Below are positions 38,148 to 48,317 of a stretch of DNA of 64,000 bases, piece by piece. The notes beneath the pieces were generated by a model that saw nothing but the letters and a program-made list of their open reading frames with translations, was not told the origin of the DNA and searched no databases. The translations under genes and the position numbers were made by a program. Source of the DNA: a bacterium. Lineage in GTDB: Bacteria; UBA10199; 2-02-FULL-44-16; JAAZCA01. The stretch is from positions 768,001 through 832,000 of the forward strand of contig CAXXGI010000003.1 of NCBI GenBank assembly GCA_963674695.2, read 5' to 3'. How positions within the stretch are numbered: the first letter of the stretch is position 1; the number at the start of each line of letters is the position of its first letter.

Positions 38148-41100
38148 ATGTCATCGGTCATTCACCACATGACATCGCTGCCATTTGCATTGGCACCGGA
38201 CGCATCCGAGACGGATGTTGCCTTCGCGTATGCGGATGAAGCGATGGAGACAGAGGACTTCGACGCAAGCGCCTTTGTCGCGGAAGGTTCCGATGAAACC
38301 GGCATGGCGGCCTCGTCCTGGGGGTCCGAGTGGCATACGGCCACGCTTCTCAAAGAGAGTCCCGCATGGGTGAAAACGATCCCCCTCTCACGCAGAGACA
38401 TGACACCCGATGAGGGGGGACACCGGACAACAGCCGCATTCGCGCCGCCGCCGCCGAACACCGCGGTAAGACGAGCAAGCGAACAGGACGACAGAACCCT
38501 TCGGATGGTAATCAGAAATCTGATGGACGACTTCAATGTGCATACATCATCATCGATTGATATCAGGGGAAGAATCATTCACGCCCTCCCCTGGACTGAC
38601 GTTCGACCATTCTACATGGCCCTTCTTGTGCGAATCGCACAAGACCGTTACGATGGTTCGGCAGCTCAGTTCAAACAAGTCCTGCAATATGCCGGCTCTC
38701 ATTGGAAGCAGGAACGCCGCACCATCCTCGGTGCAGATACATTCGATTACAACGACGGTCACCCCCTCCCCTCCTCCGTCTTAGCAGATACAGACATCCA
38801 CCTCAACGTCAGGGATACGACCCAGCCATTCCTCGACGCCATCCTCCCACGTATTACGGACGATGATGCCATCGAACGGAAGCAAGCCATCACTGCCCTC
38901 ACGCTCATACTGGAATCTGCAGATGCGCACGGGGATAAATGCTGGCAAAGAACCATCATCAGCAGCATACGCGATTTCCGCCACAGCCAGGGTTTCCCCG
39001 CATCGCTCTTGGCGGATATTGCCATCCATGTGAGCCACCGTGATGCCATCGCACTCTTCACCGACATCATTTCCCCGCGCATGCATAGCAATGACCGCGC
39101 GTTACGAGAGGAAGCCTGCGCTGCCTTCACACGCGTGAAGAGACACGCCGACAAACACTGGCACCGGAATGACATCAAGCGCCTTGAGGGCGGCAACTCC
39201 ATTTCCAACAAACAGATCATTTCACCATCAGGAGATGCCACCTCCTCAAACGTCTCTATCAACATCGCCACCGTATTGAACGAGGCGGCCCCCATTGTAG
39301 AGGGAATGCTAAAAGAGAGCATGAGCATCACATCGGAGATCCACACATCCTTCACAAACGGCACTTCCGCCCACACCACACATATCACTCTCCATCCTCG
39401 ACACCCATCCCAAAAAGTGGATGCGCGGATTTCCGGGCCCGTCCGCACCCTCACAGATGCATCGCAGACCTCACGCCTCAACAACATCATTCCGCGCATC
39501 AACTGCGGCAATGCCAAGATTCAGCGTATAGCACGAGATGAGTTCCTAGGCGTATTGCAAGAGATGCATACGGAGGACAATCGAACGCACTCATGCGCCG
39601 CACTCACCCGTCTCCTCAATGAATCAAGCGATCTCCCCCGCGATTTTCTCATCCAGATCGCTGCGCTCGCACCAGAGGGAACGTTTGACAGCATCCTCTT
39701 TGGTTTCCTGAAGAAGAACATCGCTGCGCAATGGGACAAGAACGCACCCAGCCCCTTCCCCGACCAGATACCGGAAGGGAAGACGATCACCGCGATGATC
39801 GATATCGCCTTCGAACCGATCGAGGTGTATCGCTCATCGCTCAAGCAGCTCACCGATATTGTTTCGCGCGGACCGAAGGCAGCCGCAGAATTCGATTCAG
39901 TCCTCGATGAACACAACTTTTCACACCCACTCGACGGAATATATCTCGCAGAAAACCATACCCTCAAAAGGGCCTTCGCTGGATACCTCTCTCAAACAAG
40001 AGACACCTCATACGATGCATGGCACCCCCTTATGCAGATCAGCACGGAGGCTCGCCACAGCGTCCTCAAACCCCCTTTCCAACAAGCCCTGTCAACATTC
40101 GCCAAAAACAATACATCCCCTCACCTCATCCCCTTAAGTGTGCGACTCGCCCTTGAGCTCACCCCACGCACGCCGCATCTGACTCAATTGGCACATCACC
40201 TCTCTCACCAGCAGTGGGATGAGCTGGCCGGGCTTCTCCGGAACAGCATCCGTACGTTTGATGACACCGCACGCGATACCATCGCGGCCGAGTTTCTCCA
40301 TGCACACAATGATAGACACTTCAGCATGCCAAACCCATGCTATGCTGGCGCCCTCATCGCTGCGACACAAGCCGAGACACGCGCGAAGCTCTTGCGCATC
40401 CTCATCGAACGCCGGGCCTGGACAGAGATTCAGGAGCCCCTGAATCAGCTACGTGCAGCGGACACTCCGGATATTGACGACCTGAACGCGATCGTCCTGC
40501 AGGCCGCCAAGACGCAGACCGTTCCATTCGAACTCCTCGAGACCATTCCCGCTGCACACGAAGAATCCAAAAAGTGGCTCGACGCTGTCGGCTTTGGTCA
40601 GCAGGGCTCCGTCCACGAAGACCCCGTGCGATGGTATGAGATCAATACCGCGCAGGCCCTCATCGGATTCCTCGTCAAATGGACCTTCGCGCCCTCGATC
40701 GAATCGTCACCCCTGAGCCGTTTTCAGGCGCAGCGTGAGATGCGACGCGCCAAAACCACGCTCACAGAACTCGCGCTCGCCCATGCGCGCGGGGAAGGCC
40801 ACGGCGTCCTCACCATCCGCAATGTCGTGAATGCCCTGGCCAAATCGCTGGACCGTGATCCCGTCGGCGACCAGATCGAGGAGATCCTGGAGGGGGAGTC
40901 GAGCGAAGAGGCGCTTAAAACCCTGTTACGATCATCGCTGCCCACGCTCCTCATCGTCTGGCGCAAGCGCATGCAGGCGATGGCCTTCGACCCGCCGCTT
41001 CTTCACGAGGCTCCTCCTTCACCTCTGCGCCTCTTTACGGATGCGGCCAGCATTCGAAACAGAATGGACACGCTCGCAGCGGAGCAGGAAGAACCACTCG

Positions 41101-41393
41101 CACCGAACATCCTCTTTACAGAGGCCTGGATACGCATGCGCCATCCCGAGCGGACCGAGGGCTTCGAGGAGAGGGCAGCTCAACGCTTTACCACCGCACA
41201 TCAACTCCTCCAACGCCCCCTCGAACCGATCGGGGACGCGCAGAAAAACGCCGCCGCGCTCGCGATCATCGAGGGATTCAAGACCTTCCTCGATGCCGCA
41301 CAGGATGAGAAGGCCCTCGAAACCCTCGGCGATTTCCTCGGCCCAGAGGAAGCGGCACAGATATTGGCCGTCGCGAAGAAGTTTCAGCGATAG
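38148..41393 (+). CDS. Orphan 1081-aa helical-repeat protein with acidic N-terminus
   Basis: GAGGAG RBS; three similar units ILPRITDDDAIERKQA / ISPRMHSNDRALREEA / IIPRINCGNAKIQRIA. Confidence 0.75.
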   Translation: MSSVIHHMTSLPFALAPDASETDVAFAYADEAMETEDFDASAFVAEGSDETGMAASSWGSEWHTATLLKESPAWVKTIPLSRRDMTPDEGGHRTTAAFAPPPPNTAVRRASEQDDRTLRMVIRNLMDDFNVHTSSSIDIRGRIIHALPWTDVRPFYMALLVRIAQDRYDGSAAQFKQVLQYAGSHWKQERRTILGADTFDYNDGHPLPSSVLADTDIHLNVRDTTQPFLDAILPRITDDDAIERKQAITALTLILESADAHGDKCWQRTIISSIRDFRHSQGFPASLLADIAIHVSHRDAIALFTDIISPRMHSNDRALREEACAAFTRVKRHADKHWHRNDIKRLEGGNSISNKQIISPSGDATSSNVSINIATVLNEAAPIVEGMLKESMSITSEIHTSFTNGTSAHTTHITLHPRHPSQKVDARISGPVRTLTDASQTSRLNNIIPRINCGNAKIQRIARDEFLGVLQEMHTEDNRTHSCAALTRLLNESSDLPRDFLIQIAALAPEGTFDSILFGFLKKNIAAQWDKNAPSPFPDQIPEGKTITAMIDIAFEPIEVYRSSLKQLTDIVSRGPKAAAEFDSVLDEHNFSHPLDGIYLAENHTLKRAFAGYLSQTRDTSYDAWHPLMQISTEARHSVLKPPFQQALSTFAKNNTSPHLIPLSVRLALELTPRTPHLTQLAHHLSHQQWDELAGLLRNSIRTFDDTARDTIAAEFLHAHNDRHFSMPNPCYAGALIAATQAETRAKLLRILIERRAWTEIQEPLNQLRAADTPDIDDLNAIVLQAAKTQTVPFELLETIPAAHEESKKWLDAVGFGQQGSVHEDPVRWYEINTAQALIGFLVKWTFAPSIESSPLSRFQAQREMRRAKTTLTELALAHARGEGHGVLTIRNVVNALAKSLDRDPVGDQIEEILEGESSEEALKTLLRSSLPTLLIVWRKRMQAMAFDPPLLHEAPPSPLRLFTDAASIRNRMDTLAAEQEEPLAPNILFTEAWIRMRHPERTEGFEERAAQRFTTAHQLLQRPLEPIGDAQKNAAALAIIEGFKTFLDAAQDEKALETLGDFLGPEEAAQILAVAKKFQR

Positions 41394-41489
41394 ATCACAG
41401 CACACCCCCCAAAACGAGGATGTCTCTTCCTGCCTGTGGATACATGAAATGAAACAATTATGAGAACCTGTCGGGGAAAGGGCTATAGC

Positions 41490-41560
41490 TGTCATTCCCG
41501 CGAAGGCGGGAATCTCGAAGCACTTGATAAATCGAGATTCCCGCCTTCGCGGGAATGACA
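41490..41560. repeat. dRS3-like palindrome doublet
   Basis: Arms identical to those at 20848-20916, different loop. Confidence 0.9.
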
Positions 41561-41634
41561 AAAATCGGCGAAAGCGTCATTTCCCGGCAGACTCTCATGA
41601 CGGAGGATTCAATAGGGAAAGAGACGTCCCGCGG

Positions 41635-42666
41635 TCAGATTGTCGACTCGCCCGCGGCCAGCTGTCCGCAGGCGGCCAGTATCTCGGCACCGCGACTGAC
41701 ACGCACGTTGGTCTGAATGCCGCGATCGAAGAGGACCTGTGAGAAGCGCTCGATCGCCGCAGGCAGCGGAGCGTTGAGGTCGGACCCCGGGAAGGGATTG
41801 AAGGGAATGAGGTTCACCTTGGCCGGCACGCCATGGAGCAGCGCAACGAGTCGATTCGCATCGGCGACCGTGTCGTTGACACCGCCAATGAGGACATACT
41901 CGAATGTCACGCGATGCCGGGAATGTTCGGCGTAATCGCGGCAGAAGGCCATGATTTGAGCGATCGGATACTTCCGATTGATCGGCATGATCCGATCGCG
42001 CACCGCATCGGTCGTCGCATTCAGCGAAATAGCAATCTTAATCTCGTAGCGCAGGGGAAATGCCTCGAGCTCCGGGATGAGCCCCGCGGTCGAAAGCGTG
42101 ATGCGGCGTTTGGCGAGATTGAAGGCGCGATCGTCAATAAAGACTTCGATGGCATTGGTCACGGCCTCAGCGTTGGCCAACGGCTCCCCCATTCCCATGA
42201 GGACCACGTTGGTCACCCGCGCCGAGGAGCTGCGCATGATCGCGAGGAGCTGACCGAGAATCTCCCCTTGAGTCAGGTTGCGTTTAAACCCCATACGCGC
42301 CGTTCGACAGAAGGCACAATCCATCGCACAGCCCACCTGCGTGGAGAGGCATACGGTGATGCGATCCCCGTCGGCGGGGATGAGGACGCACTCGATGGCC
42401 TGGCCATCGCGCGTTCGACAGAGATACTTTTGCGTTCCATCAGCGGCCGAGAGCGTCTCCTCGAGCGCGATCGCATCGATCACGAAACGCTCCTCAAGCA
42501 GAGCGCGCGCATCCTTCGAGAGATTGGTCATCTCCGCAAAACTCGTCACGCGTCGCTCATAGAGCCACGCGATGATCTGACCCGCCGCAAAACGCTTGAG
42601 GCCAAGGTCTGCAACGACCAGGTCCGGCAATTCATTCAAGGGAATGTCAGTGATGGCTGGTTTCAT
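41635..42666 (-). CDS. rlmN: 23S rRNA m2A2503 methyltransferase (radical SAM)
   Basis: C.STQVGCAMDCAFC, MGMGEPL, NLIPFNP, G..I.AACGQL. Confidence 0.95.
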   Translation of the reverse strand: MKPAITDIPLNELPDLVVADLGLKRFAAGQIIAWLYERRVTSFAEMTNLSKDARALLEERFVIDAIALEETLSAADGTQKYLCRTRDGQAIECVLIPADGDRITVCLSTQVGCAMDCAFCRTARMGFKRNLTQGEILGQLLAIMRSSSARVTNVVLMGMGEPLANAEAVTNAIEVFIDDRAFNLAKRRITLSTAGLIPELEAFPLRYEIKIAISLNATTDAVRDRIMPINRKYPIAQIMAFCRDYAEHSRHRVTFEYVLIGGVNDTVADANRLVALLHGVPAKVNLIPFNPFPGSDLNAPLPAAIERFSQVLFDRGIQTNVRVSRGAEILAACGQLAAGESTI

Positions 42667-42704
42667 GGATGCTCGATTGAGAGTGATCGTTATAAAAAGC
42701 CGAC

Positions 42705-42756
42705 CTGGATCCCCGATTCAATCACTCCCGCCAAAGGCGGGCAAGCGGGGATGACA
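42705..42756. repeat. Palindromic repeat variant
   Basis: CTGGATCCCCG...CCCGCCAAAGGCGGG...CGGGGATGACA. Confidence 0.7.
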
Positions 42757-42804
42757 ACACAAAAAGTACCTTGAACATTTCCCCAGGAGACGCCATGGCC
42801 CCTG

Positions 42805-42878
42805 CGCCGCGAGGGGAAATCAGATGCGTCTGGAACAAGCTTCACCTGTGAAGATGTATCTGATTTCCCCGGGAGGCG
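42805..42878. repeat. Hairpin element with CGCCGCGAGGGG...CCCCGGGAGGC ends (copy 1)
   Basis: Stem GGGGAAATCAGATGCGTCT / AGATGTATCTGATTTCCCC. Confidence 0.7.
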
Positions 42879-42908
42879 CCCTGGCATTTGCGCCTCAGTG
42901 ACCCGGCT

Positions 42909-43601
42909 CTATTCCTCGGCAAAGATCGGCAACGTTGGGAGTTCGGTCACGCGTTTGACGCAGAGGCAATCGACTTGCGCGTGCGTCCCATCGGGGTCGA
43001 CGAGCACCGGCGTCATGCCGACTTTTCGCGCGCCGACGACATCGATCCGATAGAGGTCGCCCACATAGACGGAGCGCTCGGCTTGCACGCCCATCTGCTC
43101 CATCGCATGCCGAAAGATCCGCTCGTCCGGTTTGTCGAAGCCGACCTCGCCGGAATCGATGATGACGTCGAAGCGGTCGGTGATGCCGGCGTGTTCGATG
43201 AGCTGCTTGATCTGCCCCTCGGCATTGGAGATGACTCCGAGACGATAGTTTCGCCCACGCAACCAGTCGAGCATCTCGATGGTCCCTTCATCGCGACGCG
43301 ACCAGAAGAGGTGCGGCTCGGGATGCGTGCGCACGACTTCCGCAATGCGCAGGAAATACTCCTCCGCGATGCCAACGAACCGCATCCACCTACGATAGGC
43401 CTCGATCCAGAGCTCATGATGGTCGAGCTTCCCCACCGTGCCATCGCGCACGAGCGAACGCTTGGTCATATCATGGGCGCTGGCCAACCGCTCGACCGGG
43501 ATCGTCAGATCGAAGCGCTCGCGCAGAAGCCTCTGAAAAAAATCATAGTTGAAGAAGAAGAGCGTGTTGCCGATGTCGAAAAAGACCGCGTCGTACTGCA
43601 T
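42909..43601 (-). CDS. HAD-superfamily hydrolase
   Basis: FFDIGNTL, ISN, KPD..IF, VGD....DV.GA; GGAGG RBS. Confidence 0.92.
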   Translation of the reverse strand: MQYDAVFFDIGNTLFFFNYDFFQRLLRERFDLTIPVERLASAHDMTKRSLVRDGTVGKLDHHELWIEAYRRWMRFVGIAEEYFLRIAEVVRTHPEPHLFWSRRDEGTIEMLDWLRGRNYRLGVISNAEGQIKQLIEHAGITDRFDVIIDSGEVGFDKPDERIFRHAMEQMGVQAERSVYVGDLYRIDVVGARKVGMTPVLVDPDGTHAQVDCLCVKRVTELPTLPIFAEE

Positions 43602-43610
43602 GGAACCTCC

Positions 43611-43641
43611 GTAACTCGTAACTCGTAACTCGTAACTCGTA
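43611..43641. repeat. (GTAACTC)4 heptamer tract abutting the HAD RBS
   Basis: gtaactc x4 plus gta. Confidence 0.9.
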
Positions 43642-43657
43642 GAACCCATGATGGTGT

Positions 43658-43729
43658 CGCCGCGAGGGGAAAACCGAAACCATTTTTACAGGTTCATCGG
43701 AAAAATGGTTTCGGTTTTCCCCGGGAGGC
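43658..43729. repeat. Hairpin element with CGCCGCGAGGGG...CCCCGGGAGGC ends (copy 2)
   Basis: Perfect 22-bp stem GGGGAAAACCGAAACCATTTTT / AAAAATGGTTTCGGTTTTCCCC. Confidence 0.75.
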
Positions 43730-43749
43730 AACCCGATATTCGCGCCGAT

Positions 43750-45096
43750 TCACGAGCAATAATCGGCCACCTCATCGACGAGTTCGTCGAGCAGGCCGAA
43801 GGTGTGGGCGACGTCGAGAATGGTGTACCTCCCTCGGATCGCCATTCCAAGGTGCAACGCGTCGCAAAATTCCTGACGAGAAATGCCCAGCTCGGAAAAA
43901 CGCGTCTTGGCCCCCGCCTGCATCAGGGCATCGCGCACCGCTGCCGCCGGCATGAGCATGGGCGAGAGCGTCGCGCGGATCGCGTCCCAGGAAGAGACGA
44001 GCCGATCACACCCGGCCTCGTAGCTCACCCGATCGGGACGCTTCTTTGCAAATTGCGCCAGGATCTCATCCGACTTTTCTCCGAAGAGAGCACGCACATC
44101 CTGACGAAGTTTCTCACCCCGCTCCCAGGCCGTGGCGAGCTGCTGCCGATCCACATCGGCAGCAGCCGTTTGCATCATCCGCTCATAGATAAAGGCCGAG
44201 GCGATGGAACCGATGCCCACCTGCGCCCCGTGAAAGTCGTGTGCGGTCCCGGCATGCACCCAGCGCATGTCGAGGAAGTGCGAGACGAGGTGTTCCGCAC
44301 CCGAGGCCGGCGACGAACTACCCGCGATGATCATCGACACACCCGAGAAGACGAGCGCTTCTGTCATCGCCCCGATCGCTCGTCGGTCGCGTCGTGCAAG
44401 CCCCGCCGAATCTCGAATGTAGAGCGGCTCCAGGTCGCGAATGAGGGCAAACGGCCGCGGGCAGAAGTGCTCGCCGGTGTGAATCGAGGAGAGCTTCCAA
44501 TCGGAATTGCAAAAGGGTTTGGAGAGCAGATCGCCGAGCCCTGCGCGGATCATCTCCATCGGCGCCGCACACAGGATGTCGGTGTCGGCGACGACCGCGA
44601 CAGCTGGTTGGATGGGGATGGAGGTCTTGAGCCCCTTGCTGATGATGGCGACGATAGAAGAGGCATAGCCGTTCATCGAGGGCGCGGTGGCGACGGCAAT
44701 CTGTGGCAGACCGTGGCGCGTCGCGGCGAACTTGCCCAAGTCGGTGATGCTGCCCGAGCCACAGGAGATGAGCACAGCATCGTCGGCGCGCACGCGCGCG
44801 GCGACCGCTTCGGCCGTCTCATCGTCGACGCGCGGACATCCCGACACGATCTCGACGCGAACGGCATGCCCCGCATCGCGAAGGATCGCTTCGAGGCGCT
44901 GGCCGGCGATACCGAAGGTGATCTCGTCGGCGAGCAACAAGATCGGCCCGCCCAGATGCAGTTGTTTCAGGAGATCGGGCGTGCGTGCGAGCGCACCCGG
45001 TTCGATGATCGCTTCGCGCACGGGAACGGTGTGTTCTCGACCACATTCGCACGTCCACGTCGAACCCAAAAGCGCATGTCTCTCATCTGTGGCCAT
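43750..45096 (-). CDS. sn-glycerol-1-phosphate dehydrogenase (AraM/EgsA family)
   Basis: N-terminal CECGREH, GSG.I.D.GK, TAPSM.GYAS, AGLGD..SK, PASGAEH..SH, HG.QVG. Confidence 0.88.
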   Translation of the reverse strand: MATDERHALLGSTWTCECGREHTVPVREAIIEPGALARTPDLLKQLHLGGPILLLADEITFGIAGQRLEAILRDAGHAVRVEIVSGCPRVDDETAEAVAARVRADDAVLISCGSGSITDLGKFAATRHGLPQIAVATAPSMNGYASSIVAIISKGLKTSIPIQPAVAVVADTDILCAAPMEMIRAGLGDLLSKPFCNSDWKLSSIHTGEHFCPRPFALIRDLEPLYIRDSAGLARRDRRAIGAMTEALVFSGVSMIIAGSSSPASGAEHLVSHFLDMRWVHAGTAHDFHGAQVGIGSIASAFIYERMMQTAAADVDRQQLATAWERGEKLRQDVRALFGEKSDEILAQFAKKRPDRVSYEAGCDRLVSSWDAIRATLSPMLMPAAAVRDALMQAGAKTRFSELGISRQEFCDALHLGMAIRGRYTILDVAHTFGLLDELVDEVADYCS

Positions 45097-45107
45097 CACC
45101 CTTCCCT

Positions 45108-48092
45108 TCAGATCTTTCCGGAACGAAGCGCTGCGAGCAGGCGCTCCAGGTGCACGTGATATTTTTGGGGCAACTTGACGAAGAGCTTGTCGGTCGAGTC
45201 CGCCTCGACATGTCGACGCGCAGCCGCGATGTAGTCATCGACCTTGAGCCCCAAACGTCGAATCGATGCGCTGTCGGCGCCCTCGCCGGAGAGCCGTGCA
45301 ACGGCCGCCTCACGATTCCAGTCCACCTGCGACAGAGAACGATAGACCATGCCGCGCACGTGGTGGGTGAGCGTCTTGGAACCGACCGCATACCCCAGGC
45401 GCCCCTCGGCGCGGGTGAGGTTGAAACGCGTTTCGCGCAAAACCGCAAGCTCCTTGAGCTCCTCCTGATCCTCGTCCCCCTCGTTCGAAGCCAAGCCCTG
45501 CCCGCCCACCGCCGCTCGAATCTCCGCGGGCAGATGGCGTCCCTCGATGCGATCGTTCCCCTCGAAGAGGGCGGCATCGAAGGCCTGATCGATGCTGCCG
45601 GAAAGTTCGCTCACGTTGTAGCGATCGAACCCGTATCGACTCAACGTACCGATCACCTCCGGCGCCATGGCGACCGTTCGATGATCCTGCCGATTGCGTC
45701 GCGCCAGGAAAAAGGCGGCCAGCCCCTCGATATCCTCCGGGCGCTGCGCGAGCGCCGGAACCCGCACCATGCCGCGCGACTGAATGCGACGCAGAAAATC
45801 CGCGCGCATGCGACCGGCATGCACGAGTTCCTCGAGCGGTTCGTTGGTGGCGAAGAGAAAGCGTGCGCTGGTTGTGCGCGGCGCCCCCCGCCCCGCCGCG
45901 GGATTGAACGGACGTCCCTCCAGCGGCAACAGGAGCAGCTGCTGCGCCTGCAGCGGGATGAGTTCGACCTCATCGAAGAAGAGCGTGCCCTGCGTATACT
46001 CCTCGAGAATGCCGCGCTGCCCCTTGGCATCGATCCCGTGCAGACCGCTGCCGGCGCCATAGCCGAAGAGTTTTCCCAAGACCACGAGCGGATCGCCGGA
46101 GGCAAACTCGGCACAGTTGAACTCGCCAAAGGGTTTGTCCTGGCGGGAACTCAGCGCATGGATGCTGCGCGCGATCCCGGTCTTTCCCGAACCGGTGGGA
46201 CCCAAAACGACCACCGGCTCGCGATCGCTGGCGCGAATAGCGGCATCGCGCAGACAACGGAGCCAGGCCGGCGAAGAACCGATGGCGATCGTGTGGCGCA
46301 GATGCCCAAATGCGGGATGATCCGCTTCCATGCCGGTCAGGCGCCCGGCCAGCTCTTCCGTCACGGCAGGGTCATACGATTCTCGGCTCGGCAACGGCAC
46401 CCGGTCCTTGAGCTCGACCAGGCGCTCCTTCTGCGCCATCTCGCGCCCGAGGCGTTCGATCGATTCGGCCACCGGCCGAATCTCACCGTCGGCGCCTTCG
46501 ACCGTGACCGCATCCCCTTCGCGCAGACTCTCGACGGCATGCGAGAGCACATCGAGCGGACGCGCAAAGCGACGGCGCACGAACCAGGCGGCAAAGCCGG
46601 CGATGGCCAGCGCACAGACCAGGGCGATCATCTGCATCAGCACCGCACGGCCAACGGCGTTTGAAACCGGCGCAAAGGAGATGCCCACCTCGAGCGTGGC
46701 CCGTCGACGCCCGCCGACGACGATCGGATCGAGAACGGTGACGACATCGGGCATGAAGCGTTCATAGGCATGGGCCCGCACCGCATCGAGCACCGTTGCC
46801 CCTACCTCGCCCGCGCGATCGGAGGCGACGATGCGCCCATCCTGCACGACGCGCGCCCAGGCGACCGCATCGTCCTGCACCGCCTGCACAATGATCGGAT
46901 CGACCCCCTCGGAAGAGGCGCCCGCCATGGCGGCGACCAGGCGCAGGTTGAGGTTTTCCAGATCGCCCACCTTGCCCGCGGCATAGGTGTCGATCGAGCC
47001 GGAAAGCAGCGCCAGCCCATAGGCCGTCATCACCACGATCAGGAGCAGCACCCCCGCGCCCACGGCCACGCCAACAGCACCGGCCAGCCGGCGACGGATG
47101 AACAACCCCACGGCCACGAGCAGGATGACGACCACCAGCACCGATCCCACCATCCAGACCCGAGCGCGACGCTTGGCCAGATCGACGCGTTCGTCGAAGA
47201 TGGCCGGAATGCGCCGGTAGGGGATGGCCGTGTGCAGGATCGGCAGCGTTTTGGATGCGTCGGCATAACGCCGAATGGCATCGAAGGCCGATTCGGGCTG
47301 TACCACAAAACGTCCCACCTCGGTGATGCGCCGCAGATCGGCGGGCACCTCCGCTTCATAGGAGAGAAAGGCCTGCCGCAGGCGCGCCTTCATCTCGGGG
47401 GAGAGCGAGGTGCGCACCGTGATCGGGCCCATCGGAATGGGATCGGACTGCGCCACGACCCGGAGGGATGTGCGCTGCGCCTCATCGAGCAGAGCGACGA
47501 AGAAGTCGCCAACCGCCGCGGCATCGACCGCCCCCTCCATCACCGCGTCCAAGGAGCGATCGTGGGAACCGGTCAGGACGATGCGACGGAAGAAGGCACC
47601 GGGATCGGTCACTCCGGCCTGCGCGATCATCGTCCGGGGCAGGAGGTATCCCGAGGTGGAGAGCGCATCGGTCAGGGCCAGCGAGCGCGACTGCAGGTCT
47701 TCGATGCCCTGGGCATCGTCGTCGGCGCGAACGACGATGACGCTCCGATAGGTCGGACTGCCCCGGCGTTCCTCGCCGACGAGGATCTCGGCCCCGCCCG
47801 CGGCGATGGCCTCCACGTGCGTGAGTGCGCCGCCCTCGAAGAGATCGATCTCTCCGCTTCGAAGGGCACCGATGAGGTCCTGATAATTTTCGCGCAGGAC
47901 CATCTCGACCGGGCGACCGATCGCACGCGAGAGATAGTCCACCAGCGGAATCCACTGGCGAACCACCGCTGCCGGACTGCGGCCGCCGACAAACCCCATG
48001 CGCACGGCATCGTCGGCACAGATGCCTGCTCGCGCACTGAAAAATGCGCTTGTGATGAGAGCCCCTACGAGAATTTTCTTCAAGCATCGCAT
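45108..48092 (-). CDS. Membrane-anchored one-component regulator: PhnD-type binding domain, TM helices, HAMP and sigma54-type AAA+ domain
   Basis: Signal peptide; YRSVIVV, D..STSGYL.P and GSHD (PhnD); 3 TM helices; HAMP; GPTGSGKT, LFFDEV, ATN, R.EDI; C-terminal HTH-like region. Confidence 0.85.
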   Translation of the reverse strand: MRCLKKILVGALITSAFFSARAGICADDAVRMGFVGGRSPAAVVRQWIPLVDYLSRAIGRPVEMVLRENYQDLIGALRSGEIDLFEGGALTHVEAIAAGGAEILVGEERRGSPTYRSVIVVRADDDAQGIEDLQSRSLALTDALSTSGYLLPRTMIAQAGVTDPGAFFRRIVLTGSHDRSLDAVMEGAVDAAAVGDFFVALLDEAQRTSLRVVAQSDPIPMGPITVRTSLSPEMKARLRQAFLSYEAEVPADLRRITEVGRFVVQPESAFDAIRRYADASKTLPILHTAIPYRRIPAIFDERVDLAKRRARVWMVGSVLVVVILLVAVGLFIRRRLAGAVGVAVGAGVLLLIVVMTAYGLALLSGSIDTYAAGKVGDLENLNLRLVAAMAGASSEGVDPIIVQAVQDDAVAWARVVQDGRIVASDRAGEVGATVLDAVRAHAYERFMPDVVTVLDPIVVGGRRRATLEVGISFAPVSNAVGRAVLMQMIALVCALAIAGFAAWFVRRRFARPLDVLSHAVESLREGDAVTVEGADGEIRPVAESIERLGREMAQKERLVELKDRVPLPSRESYDPAVTEELAGRLTGMEADHPAFGHLRHTIAIGSSPAWLRCLRDAAIRASDREPVVVLGPTGSGKTGIARSIHALSSRQDKPFGEFNCAEFASGDPLVVLGKLFGYGAGSGLHGIDAKGQRGILEEYTQGTLFFDEVELIPLQAQQLLLLPLEGRPFNPAAGRGAPRTTSARFLFATNEPLEELVHAGRMRADFLRRIQSRGMVRVPALAQRPEDIEGLAAFFLARRNRQDHRTVAMAPEVIGTLSRYGFDRYNVSELSGSIDQAFDAALFEGNDRIEGRHLPAEIRAAVGGQGLASNEGDEDQEELKELAVLRETRFNLTRAEGRLGYAVGSKTLTHHVRGMVYRSLSQVDWNREAAVARLSGEGADSASIRRLGLKVDDYIAAARRHVEADSTDKLFVKLPQKYHVHLERLLAALRSGKI

Positions 48093-48253
48093 GAGAGCGC
48101 CTTCGTAACCGTCACCAGGGGCATTGTCAACGACAGCGCGTCGCAGAACGCAATCCCACAGCCGATGCCACGGTTTTGCCATCCCTTCCCACACCGCCCC
48201 TTCGAAGGAATTTGGAAATGCCATTATAATTCAAGCGATTAGAAACGACTCCC

Positions 48254-48270
48254 TTGGCCCGCCCCTTGCA
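48254..48270 (+). promoter_or_regulatory. Sigma54 (-24/-12) promoter for the MFS gene
   Basis: TTGGCCCGCCCCTTGCA = GG-N10-GC, 47 nt upstream of ATG 48318. Confidence 0.7.
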
Positions 48271-48317
48271 ATAGTGCCGGGCAACAAAACCCTTAACCGC
48301 AGACGACAGGAGCCTTC

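Noticed and set aside
18363-41393. Prophage or integrative island explaining the orphan genes
   Set aside because: No integrase, transposase or phage structural genes; the orphans are interspersed with core genes.
48093-48224. N-terminal extension of the 1038-aa ORF
   Set aside because: A signal peptide begins at Met 48092, so the upstream part is more likely the divergent promoter region.
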